Below, piece after piece: positions 40,624-56,330 of a DNA stretch of 64,000 bases. Position numbers and translations under genes: made by a program. The stretch is from Eledone cirrhosa. Taxonomy: Eukaryota. Under the pieces are notes generated by a model, which did no database searches, was not told where the DNA came from, and saw nothing but the letters and a program-made list of their open reading frames with translations. The first letter of the stretch is position 1, and the number at the start of each line of letters is the position of its first letter. Location of the stretch: the NCBI GenBank assembly GCA_964016885.1, contig OZ024748.1, forward strand, positions 25,234,001 through 25,298,000. Reading direction: 5' to 3'.

Positions 40624-43600
40624 TTATATATAAGCATGTATGTATAGAAGACAGCAATGGTTATATATAAGCATGTATGTATAGAAGACAGCAATGGTTA
40701 TATATAAGCATGTATGTATAGAAGACAGTGATGGTTATATATAAGCATGTATGTATAGAAGACAGCAATGGTTATATATAAACATATATGTATAGAAGAC
40801 AGCAATGGTTATATATAAGCATGTATGTATAGAAGACAGCAATGGTTATATATAAACATATATGTATAGAAGACAGCAATGGTTATATATAAGCATGTAT
40901 GTATAGAAGACAGCAATGGTTATATATAAGCATGTATGTATAGAAGACAGCAATGGTTATATATAAGCATGTATGTATAGAAGACAGCAATGGTTATATA
41001 TAAGCATGTATCTATAGAAGACAGCAATGGTTATATATAAGCATGTATGTATAGAAGACAGTGATGGTTATATATAAGCATGTATGTATAGAAGACAGCG
41101 ATGGTTATATATAAGCATGTATGTATAGAAGACAGTGATGGTTATATATAAGCATGTATGTATAGAAGACAGCAATGGTTATATATAAGCATGTATGTAT
41201 AGAAGACAGTGATGGTTATATATAAGCATGTATGTATAGAAGACAGTGATGGTTATATATAAGCATGTATGTATAGAAAACAGTGATGGTTATATATAAG
41301 CATGTATGTATAGAAGACAGTGATGGTTATATATAAGCATGTATGTATAGAAGACAGCAATGGTTATATATAAGCATGTATGTATAGAAGACAGCGATGG
41401 TTATATATAAGCATGTATGTATAGAAGACAGCAATGGTTATATATAACCATGTATGTATAGAAGACAGTGATGGTTATATATAAGCATATATGTATAGAA
41501 GACAGTGATGGTTATATATAAGCATATATGTATAGAAGACAGTGATGGTTATATATAAGCATGTATGTATAGAAGACAGTGATGGTTATATATAAGCATG
41601 TATGTATAGAAGACGGCAATGGTTATATATAAGCATGTATGTATAGAAGACAGTGATGGTTATATATAAGCATGTATGTATAGAAGACAGCAATGGTTAT
41701 ATATAAGCATGTATGTATAGAAGACAGCAATGGTTATATATAAGCATGTATGTACAGAAGACAGTGATGGTTATATATAAGCATGTATGTATAGAAGACA
41801 GTGATGGTTATATATAAGCATGTATGTATAGAAGACAGCAATGGTTATATATAAGAATGTATGTATAGAAGACAGCAATGGTTATATATAAGCATGTTTG
41901 TATAGAAGACAGCAATGGTTATATATAAGCATGTATGTATAGAAGACAGTGATGGTTATATATAAGCATGTATGTATAGACGACAGTGATGGTTATATAT
42001 AAGCATGTATGTACAGAAGACAGTGATGGTTATATATAAGCATGTATGTATAGAAGACAGCAATGGTTATATATAAGCATGTATGTATGGAAGACAGCAA
42101 TGGTTATATATAAGCATGTATGTATAGAAGTCAGTGATGGTTATATATAAGCATGTATGTATAGAAGACAGTGATGGTTATATATAAGCATGTATGTATA
42201 GAAGACAGCAATGGTTATATATAAGCATGTATGTATAGAAGACAGTGATGGTTATATATAAGCATGTATGTATAGAAGACAGTGATGGTAATACATAAGT
42301 ATGTATGTATAGAAGACAGCAATGGTTATATATAAGCATGTATGTATAGAAGACAGCAAGGGTTATATATAAGCATGTATGTATAGAAGTCAGTGATGGT
42401 TATATATAAGCATGTATGTATAGAAGACAGCAATGGTTATATATAAGCATGTATGTATAGAAGACAGTGATGGTTATATATAAGCATGTATGTATAGAAG
42501 ACAGTGATGGTAATATATAAGCATGTATGTATAGAAGACAGCAATGGTTATATATAAGCATGTATGTATAGAAGACAGCAAGGGTTATATATAAGCATGT
42601 ATGTATAGAAGTCAGTGATGGTTATATATAAGCATGTATGTATAGAAGACAGCAATGGTTATATATAAGCATGTATGTATAGAAGACAGTGATGGTTATA
42701 TATAAGCATGTATGTATAGAAGACAGTGATGGTTATATATAAGCATGTATGTATAGAAGACAGTGATGGTAATATATAAGCATGTATGTATAGAAGACAG
42801 TGATGGTTATATATAAGCATGTATGTATAGAAGACAGCGATGGTTATATATAAGCATGTATGTATAGAAGACAGCAATGGTTATATATAAGCATGTATAG
42901 AAGAGAGCAATGGTTATATATAAGCATGTATGTATAGAAGACAGTGATGGTTATATATAAGCATGTATGTATAGAAGACAGCAATGGTTATATATAAGCA
43001 TGTATGTATAGAAGACAGTGATGGTTATATATAAGCATGTATGTATAGAAGACAGTGATGGTTATATATAAGCATGTATGTATAGAAGACAGCAATGGTT
43101 ATATATAAGCATGTATGTATAGAAGACAGTGATGGTTATATATAAGCATGTATGTATAGAAGACAGTGATGGTAATATATAAGCATGTATGTATAGAAGA
43201 CAGCAATGGTTATATATAAGCATGTATGTATAGAAGACAGCAAGGGTTATATATAAGCATGTATGTATAGAAGTCAGTGATGGTTATATATAAGCATGTA
43301 TGTATAGAAGACAGCAATGGTTATATATAAGCATGTATGTATAGAAGACAGTGATGGTTATATATAAGCATGTATGTATAGAAGACAGTGATGGTTATAT
43401 ATAAGCATGTATGTATAGAAGACAGTGATGGTAATATATAAGCATGTATGTATAGAAGACAGTGATGGTTATATATAAGCATGTATGTATAGAAGACAGC
43501 GATGGTTATATATAAGCATGTATGTATAGAAGACAGCAATGGTTATATATAAGCATGTATAGAAGAGAGCAATGGTTATATATAAGCATGTATGTATAGA

Positions 43601-46600
43601 AGACAGTGATGGTTATATATAAGCATGTATGTATAGAAGACAGCAATGGTTATATATAAGCATGTATGTATAGAAGACAGTGATGGTTATATATAAGCAT
43701 GTATGTATAGAAGACAGTGATGGTTATATATAAGCATGTATGTATAGAAGACAGCAATGGTTATATATAAGCATATATGTATAGAAGACAGCAATGGTTA
43801 TATATAAGCATGTATGTATAGAAGACAGTGATGGTTATATATAAGCATGTATGTACAGAAGACAGTGATGGTTATATATAAGCATGTATGTATAGAAGAC
43901 AGTGATGGTTATATATAAGCATGTATGTATAGAAGACAGTGATGGTTATATATAAGCATGTATGTATAGAAGACAGTGATGGTTATATATAAGCATGTAT
44001 GTATAGAAGACAGCAATGGTTATATATAAGCATGTATGTATAGAAGACAGCGATGGTTATATATAAGCATGTATGTATAGAAGACAGTGATGGTTATATA
44101 TAAGCATATATGTATAGAAGACAGTGATGGTTATATATAAGCATATATGTATGGAAGACAGTGATGGTTATATATAAGCATGTATGTATAGAAGACAGCA
44201 ATGGTTATATATAAGCATGTATGTATAGAAGACAGCGATGGTTATATATAAGCATGTATGTATAGAAGACAGCAATGGTTATATATAAGCATGTATGTAT
44301 AGAAGACAGCGATGGTTATATATAAGCATGTATGTATAGAAGACAGCAATGGTTATATATAAGCATGTATGTATAGAAGACAGTGATGGTTATATATAAG
44401 CATATATGTATAGAAGACAGTGATGGTTATATATAAGCATGTATGTATAGAAGACAGTGATGGTTATATATAAGCATGTATGTATAGAAGACAGCAATGG
44501 TTATATATAAGCATGTATGTATAGAAGACAGCAATGGTTATATATAAGCATGTATGTATAGAAGACAGCAATGGTTATATATAAGCATGTATGTATAGAA
44601 GACAGTGATGGTTATATATAAGCATGTATGTATAGAAGACAGCAATGGTTATATATAAGCATGTATGTATAGAAGACAGTGATGGTTATATATAAGCATG
44701 TATGTATAGAAGACAGTGATGCTTATATATAACCATGTATGTATAGAAGATGGCAATGGTTATATATAAGCATGTATGTATAGAAGACAGCAATGGTTAT
44801 ATATAAGCATGTATGTATAGAAGACAGCAATGGTTATATATAAGCATGTATGTATAGAAGACAGTGATGGTTATATATAAGCATGTATGTATAGAAGACA
44901 GCAATGGTTATATATAAACATTTATGTATAGAAGACAGCACTGTTATATATAAGCATGTATGTATAGAAAACAGCAATGGTTATATATAAGCATGTATGT
45001 ATAGAAGACAGCAATGGTTATATATAAGCATGTATGTATAGAAGACAGCAATGGTTATATATAAGCATGTATCTATAGAAGACAGCAATGGTTATATATA
45101 AGCATGTATGTATAGAAGACAGTGATGGTTATATATAAGCATGTATGTATAGAAGACAGCGATGGTTATATATAAGCATGTATGTATAGAAGACAGTGAT
45201 GGTTATATATAAGCATGTATGTATAGAAGACAGCAATGGTTATATATAAGCATGTATGTATAGAAGACAGTGATGGTTATATATAAGCATGTATGTATAG
45301 AAGACAGTGATGGTTATATATAAGCATGTATGTATAGAAGACAGCAATGGTTATATATAAGCATGTATGTATAGAAGACAGCGATGGTTATATATAAGCA
45401 TGTATGTATAGAAGACAGCAATGGTTATATATAAGCATGTATGTATAGAAGACAGTGATGGTTATATATAAGCATGTATGTATAGAAGACAGTGATGGTT
45501 ATATATAAGCATGTATGTATAGAAGACAGTGATGGTTATATATAAGCATGTATGTATAGAAGACAGCAATGGTTATATATAAGCATGTATGTATAGAAGA
45601 CAGCGATGGTTATATATAAGCATGTATGTATAGAAGACAGCAATGGTTATATATAACCATGTATGTATAGAAGACAGTGATGGTTATATATAAGCATATA
45701 TGTATAGAAAACAGTGATGGTTATATATATGCATGTATGTATAGAAGACAGTGATGGTTATATATAAGCATGTATGTATAGAAGACAGCAATGATTATAT
45801 ATAAGCATGTATGTATAGAAGACAGTGATGGTTATATATAAGCATGTATGTATAGAAGACAGCGATGGTTATATATAAGCATGTATGTATAGAAGACAGC
45901 AATGGTTATATATAAGCATGTATGTATAGAAGAGAGCAATGGTTATATATAAGCATGTATGTATAGAAGACAGTGATGGTTATATATAAGCATGTATGTA
46001 TAGAAGACAGCAATGGTTATATATAAGCATGTATGTATAGAAGACAGTGATGGTTATATATAAGCATGTATGTATAGAAGACAGTGATGGTTATATATAA
46101 GCATGTATGTATAGAAGACAGCAATGGTTATATATAAGCATGTATGTATAGAAGACAGCAATGGTTATATATAAGCATGTATGTATAGAAGACAGTGATG
46201 GTTATATATAAGCATGTATGTACAGAAGACAGTGATGGTTATATATAAGCATGTATGTATAGAAGACAGTGATGGTTATATATAAGCATGTATGTATAGA
46301 AGACAGTGATGGTTATATATAAGCATGTATGTATAGAAGAGAGTGATGGTTATATATAAGCATGTATGTATAGAAGACAGTGATGGTTATATATAAGCAT
46401 GTATGTATAGAAGACAGTGATGGTTATATATAAGCATATATGTATAGAAGACAGTGATGGTTATATATAAGCATATATGTATAGAAGACAGTGATGGTTA
46501 TACATAAGCATGTATGTATAGAAGACAGTGATGGTTATACATAAGCATGTATGTATAGAAGACAGTGATGGTTATATATAAGCATGTATGTATAGAAGAC

Positions 46601-47121
46601 AGCGATGGTTATATATAAGCATGTATGTATAGAAGACAGTGATGGTTATATATAAGCATATATGTATAGAAGACAGTGATGGTTATATATAAGCATGTAT
46701 GTATAGAAGACAACAATGGTTATATATAAGCATGTATGTATAGAAGACAGTGATGCTTATATATAAGCATGTATGTATAGAAGACGGCAATGGTTATATA
46801 TAAGCATGTATGTATAGAAGACAGTGATGGTTATATATAAGCATGTATGTATAGAAGACAGCAATGGTTATATATAAGCATGTATGTATAGAAGACAGTG
46901 ATGCTTATATATAAGCATGTATGTATAGAAGACGGCAATGGTTATATATAAGCATGTATGTATAGAAGACAGTGATGGTTATATATAAGCATGTATGTAT
47001 AGAAGACAGCAATGGTTATATATAAGCATGTATGTATAGAAGACAGCGATGGTTATATATAAGCATATATGTATAGAAGACAGCGATGGTTATATATAAG
47101 CATGTATGTATAGAAGACAGT
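40624..47121. repeat. 37-bp satellite, left block (~175 units), TTATATATAAGCATGTATGTATAGAAGACAGYRATGG
   Basis: Continuous 37-bp periodicity. Confidence 0.98.
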
Positions 47122-49587
47122 CATCATCATCATCATCATCACCGTTTTACGTCCGTTCTTCCACGCTAGCATGGGTTAGACGGGTTGTCCTGTTGTGGGC
47201 AGTGTCTGGTCGGCTGACCATGCCTTGCTCATACAGCAACTGATCTGGCTTGATTTCTACAGCTGGATGCCCTTTCTAACACCAACCTCATTTACAGTGA
47301 GTGCTGGGTGCTTTTTCGTGGCGCCTACACGTCCACTTTACAGTGTGGGCTGGGTGCTTTTTTGCCGTGGCACCTCCACGGCCACCTTGCGGTGGGGGGG
47401 GGGGGCATATTGTTTATATGCTTCAGCATGTACCCATGGGAGGTCGGGTACCCTGTATTACTGCGTGACGCCAGAAGTCACGGTCGTGTGTCATTGACTT
47501 TGAGAGGTGTAGTTGGGTAAGGTCGGCTTTTATCACCTCATCCCAAGTCATCTTGGGTCTCCCCACTCTGCGGTTTCCATCAACTTCTAGTGCTCTGCAC
47601 CTTTTTATGCAGCTGTCATCCTTCATACGCATCACATGTCCATACCAGCGTAACCGCCTCTCCTGCACGCAGCATTTGATTCCTCTTATGCTCAGTCTCT
47701 CTCTCAATTCCTTTATGCTTTGTCGTTCACGTATATTACTGTTACACATCCATCGGAGCATGCAGGCTTCGTTTCTCTCTAATCTACGTAAGTCTTCCAC
47801 CTTCAGCGCCCAGGTCTCACTACCATGCAACATCGCTGTTCGGATACACGCATCATACAGTCTGCCTTTCATTCTGAGGGAGAAGCCTTTTGCAGCTAGC
47901 AGTGGTAGTAGTTCCCTAAACTTCTTCCATCCCGTTCTTACCCTAGTTATTGTACTTTCTGAGCACCCACCTCCGTTGCTAATTCGGTCACCTAGGTAGC
48001 AGAAGCTGTCTACTGTTTCTACAGGGCCCTCCCAGAGATTGGTGGTACTTGTTTCCTGTGGCTGTTTGCTTGCTGTTTCAGCACAGCTGCTGCATGTGAA
48101 TCCTACATTCTTAATTAAGCTTCCTGAGATCCCGCTACATCTCTTGTGTACCCATTGTTTGCATTTGGGGCAGAGAATGGAGTTCCTACCTACACCTTTC
48201 CTACATACTGAGCAAGGCCATTTCCCTGAGGGGATCTGGGTTCTGTTTTCTCGTCTACTTACAAGGACCTTAGTCTTTGTCATGTTGACTTTGAGGCCCT
48301 TTCTCTCTAGTCCCTGCTTCCAGGTTTGGAATTTATTCTCTAGTTCTACCATAGATTCAGCTATGAGTGCGAGGTCATCAGCATACAGGAGTTCCCATGG
48401 GCATCCGGTCTTAAACTCCTCCGTTATTGCCTGCAGGACTATGATGAACAGGAGAGGGCTAAGAACAGAGCCCTGGTGGACCCCAACCTGTACGCTAAAT
48501 TCCTCGCTATACTCATTGCCAATCCTAACTTTGCTGACTGCTCCCCTATACATGGCTTGTACCGCTTTCACAAGCCATTCATCTACTCCTAGTTTTCTAA
48601 GAGCCCACCAGATTACTGCACGTGGAACTCTGTCAAAGGCTTTCTCAAGGTCGACAAATGCCAAGTAGAGTGGCTTACTTTTAGCTAGGTACTTTTCCTG
48701 TAATTGCCTCACAAGGAAGAGGGCATCAGTGGTGCCTTTCCCTGGTACAAACCCAAATTGCATCTCGTCTATATTCACCCGGTCCCTAATCAGCTGTGCT
48801 ATAACTCTTTCTGTTACTTTCATGACCTGGTCCATCAACTTTATACCTCTATAGTTTCCTCTATCTAGTGCATCGCCTTTACCTTTGTAGCAGTTGACAA
48901 TGATGCTACTGCACCAATCTTTTGGTATAGCCCCCTCTAGTATTACCTGGTTAACGATACGTGTGGTTATAGTGTGACCTACAGACCCAGATGCCTTCAG
49001 CATCTCGGCAGCTATACCCGATGGACCGGTTGCCTTCCCTATCTTCATATCTCTGATTGCCTTACTTACTACGCTGCCGCTGACTTGTACTGCTGGTCCC
49101 TCTATAGGGTCTACGTGGGGTAGGGTCTCTTCTTCCCATGCATTCTCCTCATTTAGTAATCTATCATAATGACTCTTCCATGCATCTTTCTTCTCAGCAC
49201 TTGTGAGGGCAAGCTCACCTTTATCATTCCGGATACACTTTTCACCAATGACATCACAACTATCTCTGACACACTGCCTCGCAATCTTGAATACCTCCTG
49301 TTTCTGGTCCTCACGTTGTAAAACATGCTTGAATTTTCTATCCTCTGCTTCCCTCCTAGCTAAGTATACTTGTCGCCTAGCTTCCTCTTGGTCTCTATGT
49401 AATGTACCCTGCTCCCCCCGTTCTTCCATTCTTTCCATGCCTGTCTCTTGGCCTTGACTGCTTCATCTACCTTATTGTTCCACCACCAAGTCACTCTCCT
49501 CCTGCTTGAGGTCTTACTCCAGCCACAAACCTCATCCGTCGCCTCTAGTAAGTTATTTTTTAGGAACTCCCAGTTCTCTTCTACGTT
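47122..49587 (-). mobile_element. 5'-truncated RTE LINE of a second subfamily, inserted in the 37-bp satellite, 8-bp TSD
   Basis: RT ORF 49438-47423 (YADD, same PHD-like cluster), with one frameshift at ~49385. (CAT)n tail at the left. TSD AAGACAGT at 47114-47121 and 49588-49595. Confidence 0.95.
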
Positions 49588-52500
49588 AAGACAGTGATGG
49601 TTATATATAAGCATGTATGTATGGAAGACAGTGATGGTTATATATAAGCATGTATGTATAGAAGACAGTGATGGTTATATATAAGCATGTATGTATAGAA
49701 GACAGTGATGGTTATATATAAGCATGTATGTATAGAAGACAGCGATGGTTATATATAAGCATGTATGTATAGAAGACAGCAATGGTTATATATAAGCATG
49801 TATGTATAGAAGACAGTGATGGTTATATATAAGAATGTATGTATAGAAGTCAGTGATGGTTATATATAAGCATGTATGTATAGAAGACAGTGATGGTTAT
49901 ATATAAGCATGTATGTATAGAAGACAGTGATGGTTATATATAAACATATATGTATAGAAGACAGCAATGGTTATATATAAGCATGTATGTATAGAAGACA
50001 GCAATGGTTATATATAAGGCATGTATGTATAGAAGACAGTGATGGTTATATATAAGCATATATGTATAGAAGACAGTGATGGTTATATATAAGCATGTAT
50101 GTATAGAAGACAGTGATGGTTATATATAAGCATGTATGTATAGAAGACAGTGATGGTTATATATAAGCATGTATGTATAGAAGACGGCAATGGTTATATA
50201 TAAGCATGTATGTATAGAAGACGGCAATGGTTATATATAAGAATGTATGTATAGAAGACAGCGAAGGTTATATATAAGCATGTATGTATAGAAGACGGCA
50301 ATGGTTATATATAAGCATGTATGTATAGAAGACAGTGATGGTTATATATAAGCATGTATGTATAGAAGACAGCGAAGGTTATATATAAGCATGTATGTAT
50401 AGAAGACGGCAATGGTTATATATAAGCATGTATGTATAGAAGACAGTGATGGTTATATATAAGCATGTATGTATAGAAGACAGCAATGGTTATATATAAG
50501 CATGTATGTATAGAAGACAGCGATGGTTATATATAAGCATGTATGTATAGAAGACAGCAATGGTTATATATAAGCATGTATGTATAGAAGACAGTGATGG
50601 TTATATATAAGCATGTATGTATAGAAGACAGTGATGGTTATATATAAGCATGTATGTATAGAAGACAGTGATGGTTATATATAAGCATGTATGTATAGAA
50701 GACAGTGATGGTTATATATAAGCATGTATGTATAGAAGACAGTGATCGTTATATATAAGCATGTATGTATAGAAGACAGTGATGGTTATATATAAGCATG
50801 TATGTATAGAAGACAGTGATGGTTATATATAAGCATGTATGTATAGAAGACAGCAATGGTTATATATAAGCATGTATGTATAGAAGACAGTGATGGTTAT
50901 ATATAAGCATATATGTATAGAAGACAGTGATGGTTATATATAAGCATATATGTATAGAAGACAGTGATGGTTATATATAAGCATGTATGTATAGAAGACA
51001 GTGATGGTTATATATAAGCATGTATGTATAGAAGACAGTGATGGTTATATATAAGCATGTATGTATAGAAGACGGCAATGGTTATATATAAGCATGTATG
51101 TATAGAAGACGGCAATGGTTATATATAAGAATGTATGTATAGAAGACAGCGAAGGTTATATATAAGCATGTATGTATAGAAGACGGCAATGGTTATATAT
51201 AAGCATGTATGTATAGAAGACAGTGATGGTTATATATAAGCATGTATGTATAGAAGACAGCAATGGTTATATATAAGCATGTATGTATAGAAGACAGCGA
51301 TGGTTATATATAAGCATGTATGTATAGAAGACAGCAATGGTTATATATAAGCATGTATGTATAGAAGACAGTGATGGTTATATATAAGCATGTATGTATA
51401 GAAGACAGTGATGGTTATATATAAGCATGTATGTATAGAAGACAGTGATGGTTATATATAAGCATGTATGTATAGAAGACAGCAATGGTTATATATAAGC
51501 ATGTATGTATAGAAGACAGCGATGGTTATATATAAGCATGTATGTATAGAAGACAGCAATGGTTATATATAACCATGTATGTATAGAAGACAGTGATGGT
51601 TATATATAAGCATATATGTATAGAAGACAGTGATGGTTATATATAAGCATGTATGTATAGAAGACAGTGATGGTTATATATAAGCATGTATGTATAGAAG
51701 ACAGCAATGGTTATATATAAGCATGTATGTATAGAAGACAGTGATGGTTATATATAAGCATGTATGTATAGAAGACAGTGATGGTAATATATAAGCATGT
51801 ATGTATAGAAGACAGCAATGGTTATATATAAGCATGTATGTATAGAAGACAGCAAGGGTTATATATAAGCATGTATGTATAGAAGTCAGTGATGGTTATA
51901 TATAAGCATGTATGTATAGAAGACAGCAATGGTTATATATAAGCATGTATGTATAGAAGACAGTGATGGTTATATATAAGCATGTATGTATAGAAGACAG
52001 TGATGGTAATATATAAGCATGTATGTATAGAAGACAGCAATGGTTATATATAAGCATGTATGTATAGAAGACAGCAAGGGTTATATATAAGCATGTATGT
52101 ATAGAAGTCAGTGATGGTTATATATAAGCATGTATGTATAGAAGAGAGCAATGGTTATATATAAGCATGTATGTATAGAAGACAGTGATGGTTATATATA
52201 AGCATGTATGTATAGAAGACAGTGATGGTTATATATAAGCATGTATGTATAGAAGACAGTGATGGTAATATATAAGCATGTATGTATAGAAGACAGTGAT
52301 GGTTATATATAAGCATGTATGTATAGAAGACAGTGATGGTTATATATAAGCATGTATGTATAGAAGACAGCGATGGTTATATATAAGCATGTATGTATAG
52401 AAGACAGCAATGGTTATATATAAGCATGTATGTATAGAAGAGAGCAATGGTTATATATAAGCATGTATGTATAGAAGACAGTGATGGTTATATATAAGCA

Positions 52501-55301
52501 TGTATGTATAGAAGACAGCAATGGTTATATATAAGCATGTATGTATAGAAGACAGTGATGGTTATATATAAGCATGTATGTATAGAAGACAGTGATGGTT
52601 ATATATAAGCATGTATGTATAGAAGACAGCAATTGTTATATATAAGCATGTATGTATAGAAGACAGCAATGGTTATATATAAGCATGTATGTATAGAAGA
52701 CAGTGATGGTTATATATAAGCATGTATGTACAGAAGACAGTGATGGTTATATATAAGCATGTATGTATAGAAGACAGTGATGGTTATATATAAGCATGTA
52801 TGTATAGAAGACAGTGATGGTTATATATAAGCATGTATGTATAGAAGACAGTGATGGTTATATATAAGCATGTATGTATAGAAGACAGTGATGGTTATAT
52901 ATAAGCATGTATGTATAGAAGACAGCAATTGTTATATATAAGCATGTATGTATAGAAGACAGCGATGGTTATATATAAGCATGTATGTATAGAAGACAGC
53001 AATGGTTATATATAAGCATGTATGTATAGAAGACAGTGATGGTTAAAATATAAGCATGTATGTATAGAAGACAGCGATGGTTATATATAAGCATGTATGT
53101 ATAGAAGACAGCAATGGTTATATATAAGCATGTATGTATAGAAGACAGCAATGGTTATATATAAGCATGTATGTATAGAAGACAGCAATGGTTATATATA
53201 AGCACGTATGTATAGAAGACAGTGATGGTTATATATAAGCATGTATGTATAGAAGACAGTGATGGTTATATATAAGCATGTATGTATAGAAGACAGTGAT
53301 GGTTATATATAAGCATGTATGTATAGAAGACAGTGATGGTTATATATAAGCATGTATGTATAGAAGACAGCAATGGTTATATATAAGCATGTATGTATAG
53401 AAGACAGTGATGGTTATATATAAGCATGTATGTATAGAAGACAGTGATGGTTATATATAAGCATATATGTATAGAAGACAGTGATGGTTATATATAAGCA
53501 TGTATGTATAGAAGACAGTGATGGTTATATATAAGCATGTATGTATAGAAGACAGTGATGGTTATATATAAGCATGTATGTATAGAAGACGGCAATGGTT
53601 ATATATAAGCATGTATGTATAGAAGACGGCAATGGTTATATATAAGAATGTATGTATAGAAGACAGCGAAGGTTATATATAAGCATGTATGTATAGAAGA
53701 CGGCAATGGTTATATATAAGCATGTAAGTATAGAAGACAGTGATGGTTATATATAAGCATGTATGTATAGAAGACAGTGATGGTTATATATAAGCATGTA
53801 TGTATAGAAGACAGTGATGGTTATATATATGCATGTATGTATAGAAGACAGTGATGGTTATATATAAGCATGTATGTATAGAAGACAGTGATGGTTATAT
53901 ATAAGCATGTATGTATAGAAGACAGCGATTGTTATATATAAGCATGTATGTATAGAAGACAGCAATGGTTATATATAAGCATGTATGTATAGAAGACGGC
54001 AATGGTTATATATAAGCATGTATGTATAGAAGACAGTGATGGTTATATATAAGCATGTATGTATAGAAGACAGCAATGGTTATATATAAGCATGTATGTA
54101 TAGAAGACAGTGATGCTTATATATAAGCATGTATGTATAGAAGACGGCAATGGTTATATATAAGCATGTATGTATAGAAGACAGTGATGGTTATATATAT
54201 GCATGTATGTATAGAAGACAGTGATGGTTATATATAAGCATGTATGTATAGAAGACGGCAATGGTTATATATAAGCATGTATGTATAGAAGACAGTGATG
54301 GTTATATATAAGCATGTATGTATAGAAGACAGCGATGGTTATATATAAGCATGTATGTATAGAAGACAGCAATGGTTATATATAAGCATGTATGTATAGA
54401 AGTCAGTGATGGTTATATATAAGCATGTATGTATAGAAGACAGTGATGGTTATATATAAACATATATGTATAGAAGACAGCAATGGTTATATATAAGCAT
54501 GTATGTATAGAAGACAGCAATGGTTATATATAAGCATGTATGTATAGAAGACAGTGATGGTTATATATAAGCATGTATGTATAGAAGTCAGTGATGGTTA
54601 TATATAAGCATGTATGTATAGAAGACAGTGATGGTTATATATAAGCATGTGTGTATAGAAGACAGTGATGGTTATATATAAACATATATGTATAGAAGAC
54701 AGCAATGGTTATATATAAGCATGTATGTATAGAAGACAGCAATGGTTATATATAAGCATGTATGTATAGAAGACAGTGATGGTTATATATAAGCATATAT
54801 GTATAGAAGACAGTGATGGTTATATATAAGCATATATGTATAGAAGACAGTGATGGTTATATATAAGCATGTATGTATAGAAGACAGTGATGGTTATATA
54901 TAAGCATGTATGTATAGAAGACGGCAATGGTTATATATAAGCATGTATGTATAGAAGACGGCAATGGTTATATATAAGAATGTATGTATAGAAGACGGCA
55001 ATGGTTATATATAAGCATGTATGTATAGAAGACGGCAATGGTTATATATAAGCATGTATGTATAGAAGACAGTGATGGTTATATATAAGCATGTATGTAT
55101 AGAAGACAGTGATGGTTATATATAAGCATGTATGTATAGAAGACAGTGATGGTTATATATAAGCATGTATGTATAGAAGACGGCAATGGTTATATATAAG
55201 CATGTATGTATAGAAGACAGTGATGGTTATATATAAGCATGTATGTATAGAAGATGGCAATGGTTATATATAAGCATGTATGTATAGAAGATGTCAATGG
55301 C
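49588..55301. repeat. 37-bp satellite, right block (~155 units)
   Basis: Same unit; degenerates at ...gaagatgtcaatggct. Confidence 0.98.
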
Positions 55302-55714
55302 TGGAATTTGAAAATTGAATTACTAGATTTTTCTGTATTTTGACTACAAAAATAGTCTAATAACAAGGCATATAAGTTCCCATAAGGGAAAAATATGGGC
55401 ATCAGTACATGGGGGAATGCCCATTTTTTTCCATTTTGGGGGTTTTATGTGCTGTTTTGGGGGGTTTTCTTTACTTCTTTCTGTAGTCAAAATACAACGA
55501 AGCTACTATTTCAATTTCTAATTGTAATTTGTAATATTAAAGAAAGAAATAAAAATGAAAATTGACATTTTAATGCCTTTTTTAAGAAAATGAATGTGAT
55601 GCTCCAGCCTTGGCTGTTATGGCTAAAACAAACCAAAGAACTTAAGAGCTTAAATGGCTACCAGTTCCTCATCCCTCATATATGTTATAGAATTTATTCA
55701 AACAGTTAGTGAAC

Positions 55715-55998
55715 TCCACACACCAACAACCCATATTACATACCTACATTTCACACACCAACAACCCATGTTCCATACCTACATTTCACAACACATACAA
55801 CCCATATTCCATACCTACACTTCACAACACATACAACCCATATTCCATACCTACACTTCACAACACATACAACCCATATTCCATACCTACACTTCACAAC
55901 ACATACAACCCATATTCCATACCTACACTTCACAACACATACAACCCATATTCCATACCTACATTTCACACACCAACAACCCATATTCCATACCTACA
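55715..55998. repeat. 36-bp minisatellite (~8 units) ACATACAACCCATATTCCATACCTACACTTCACAAC
   Basis: Direct tandem repeats, visible as 12-aa repeats in three spurious ORFs. Confidence 0.95.
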
Positions 55999-56162
55999 GT
56001 AGTTATCTCAAACTCTTAACATCCTATAATGATTTAGCAGAAAATACCTAAAAATATGTTAGTTAATTCAATGTAGTCATAGTGCTGTTTTGTACTTTTC
56101 AAGAATGCCTTGTTAATGTGGTACAGGACTTTAAGAGTTAATTATCTTTCCTTTCTTACTAG

Positions 56163-56229
56163 TTGATAATGATGGATATGAGAAAAAAACCTTTCCTCTG
56201 ATAAAGAAAATTATTCGTGATGAAGGAAT
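56163..56229 (+). CDS. SLC25A17: Exon (67 nt, phase 1 to 2) of PMP34/SLC25A17-like carrier: (V)DNDGYEKKTFPLIKKIIRDEG(I)
   Basis: Polypyrimidine tract + TAG|TT...GAAT|GTAAGT. In frame with the previous exon and carries the carrier motif IIRDEG. Confidence 0.88.
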
Positions 56230-56330
56230 GTAAGTAGATGTTGTTTCTATCCAGAACTCTGACCAATGTTAAATATTTCAGGCTCATACCAAGTAGAGTA
56301 TGTAACATATCTTATTAGAGGTGTATATGA

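Noticed and set aside
40624-55402. 37-bp repeats as a CRISPR array, and the MLSSIHTC ORFs
   Set aside because: Units are head-to-tail with no unique spacers, there are no cas genes and the context is eukaryotic. The ORFs are satellite translations.
55654-56019. Three overlapping ORFs with 12-aa repeats
   Set aside because: Translation of the 36-bp minisatellite.
56010-56141. Possible small MITE with AACTCTTAA..TCCT / AGGA..TTAAGAGTT ends
   Set aside because: The terminal match is short and imperfect and there is no clean TSD, so support is insufficient.
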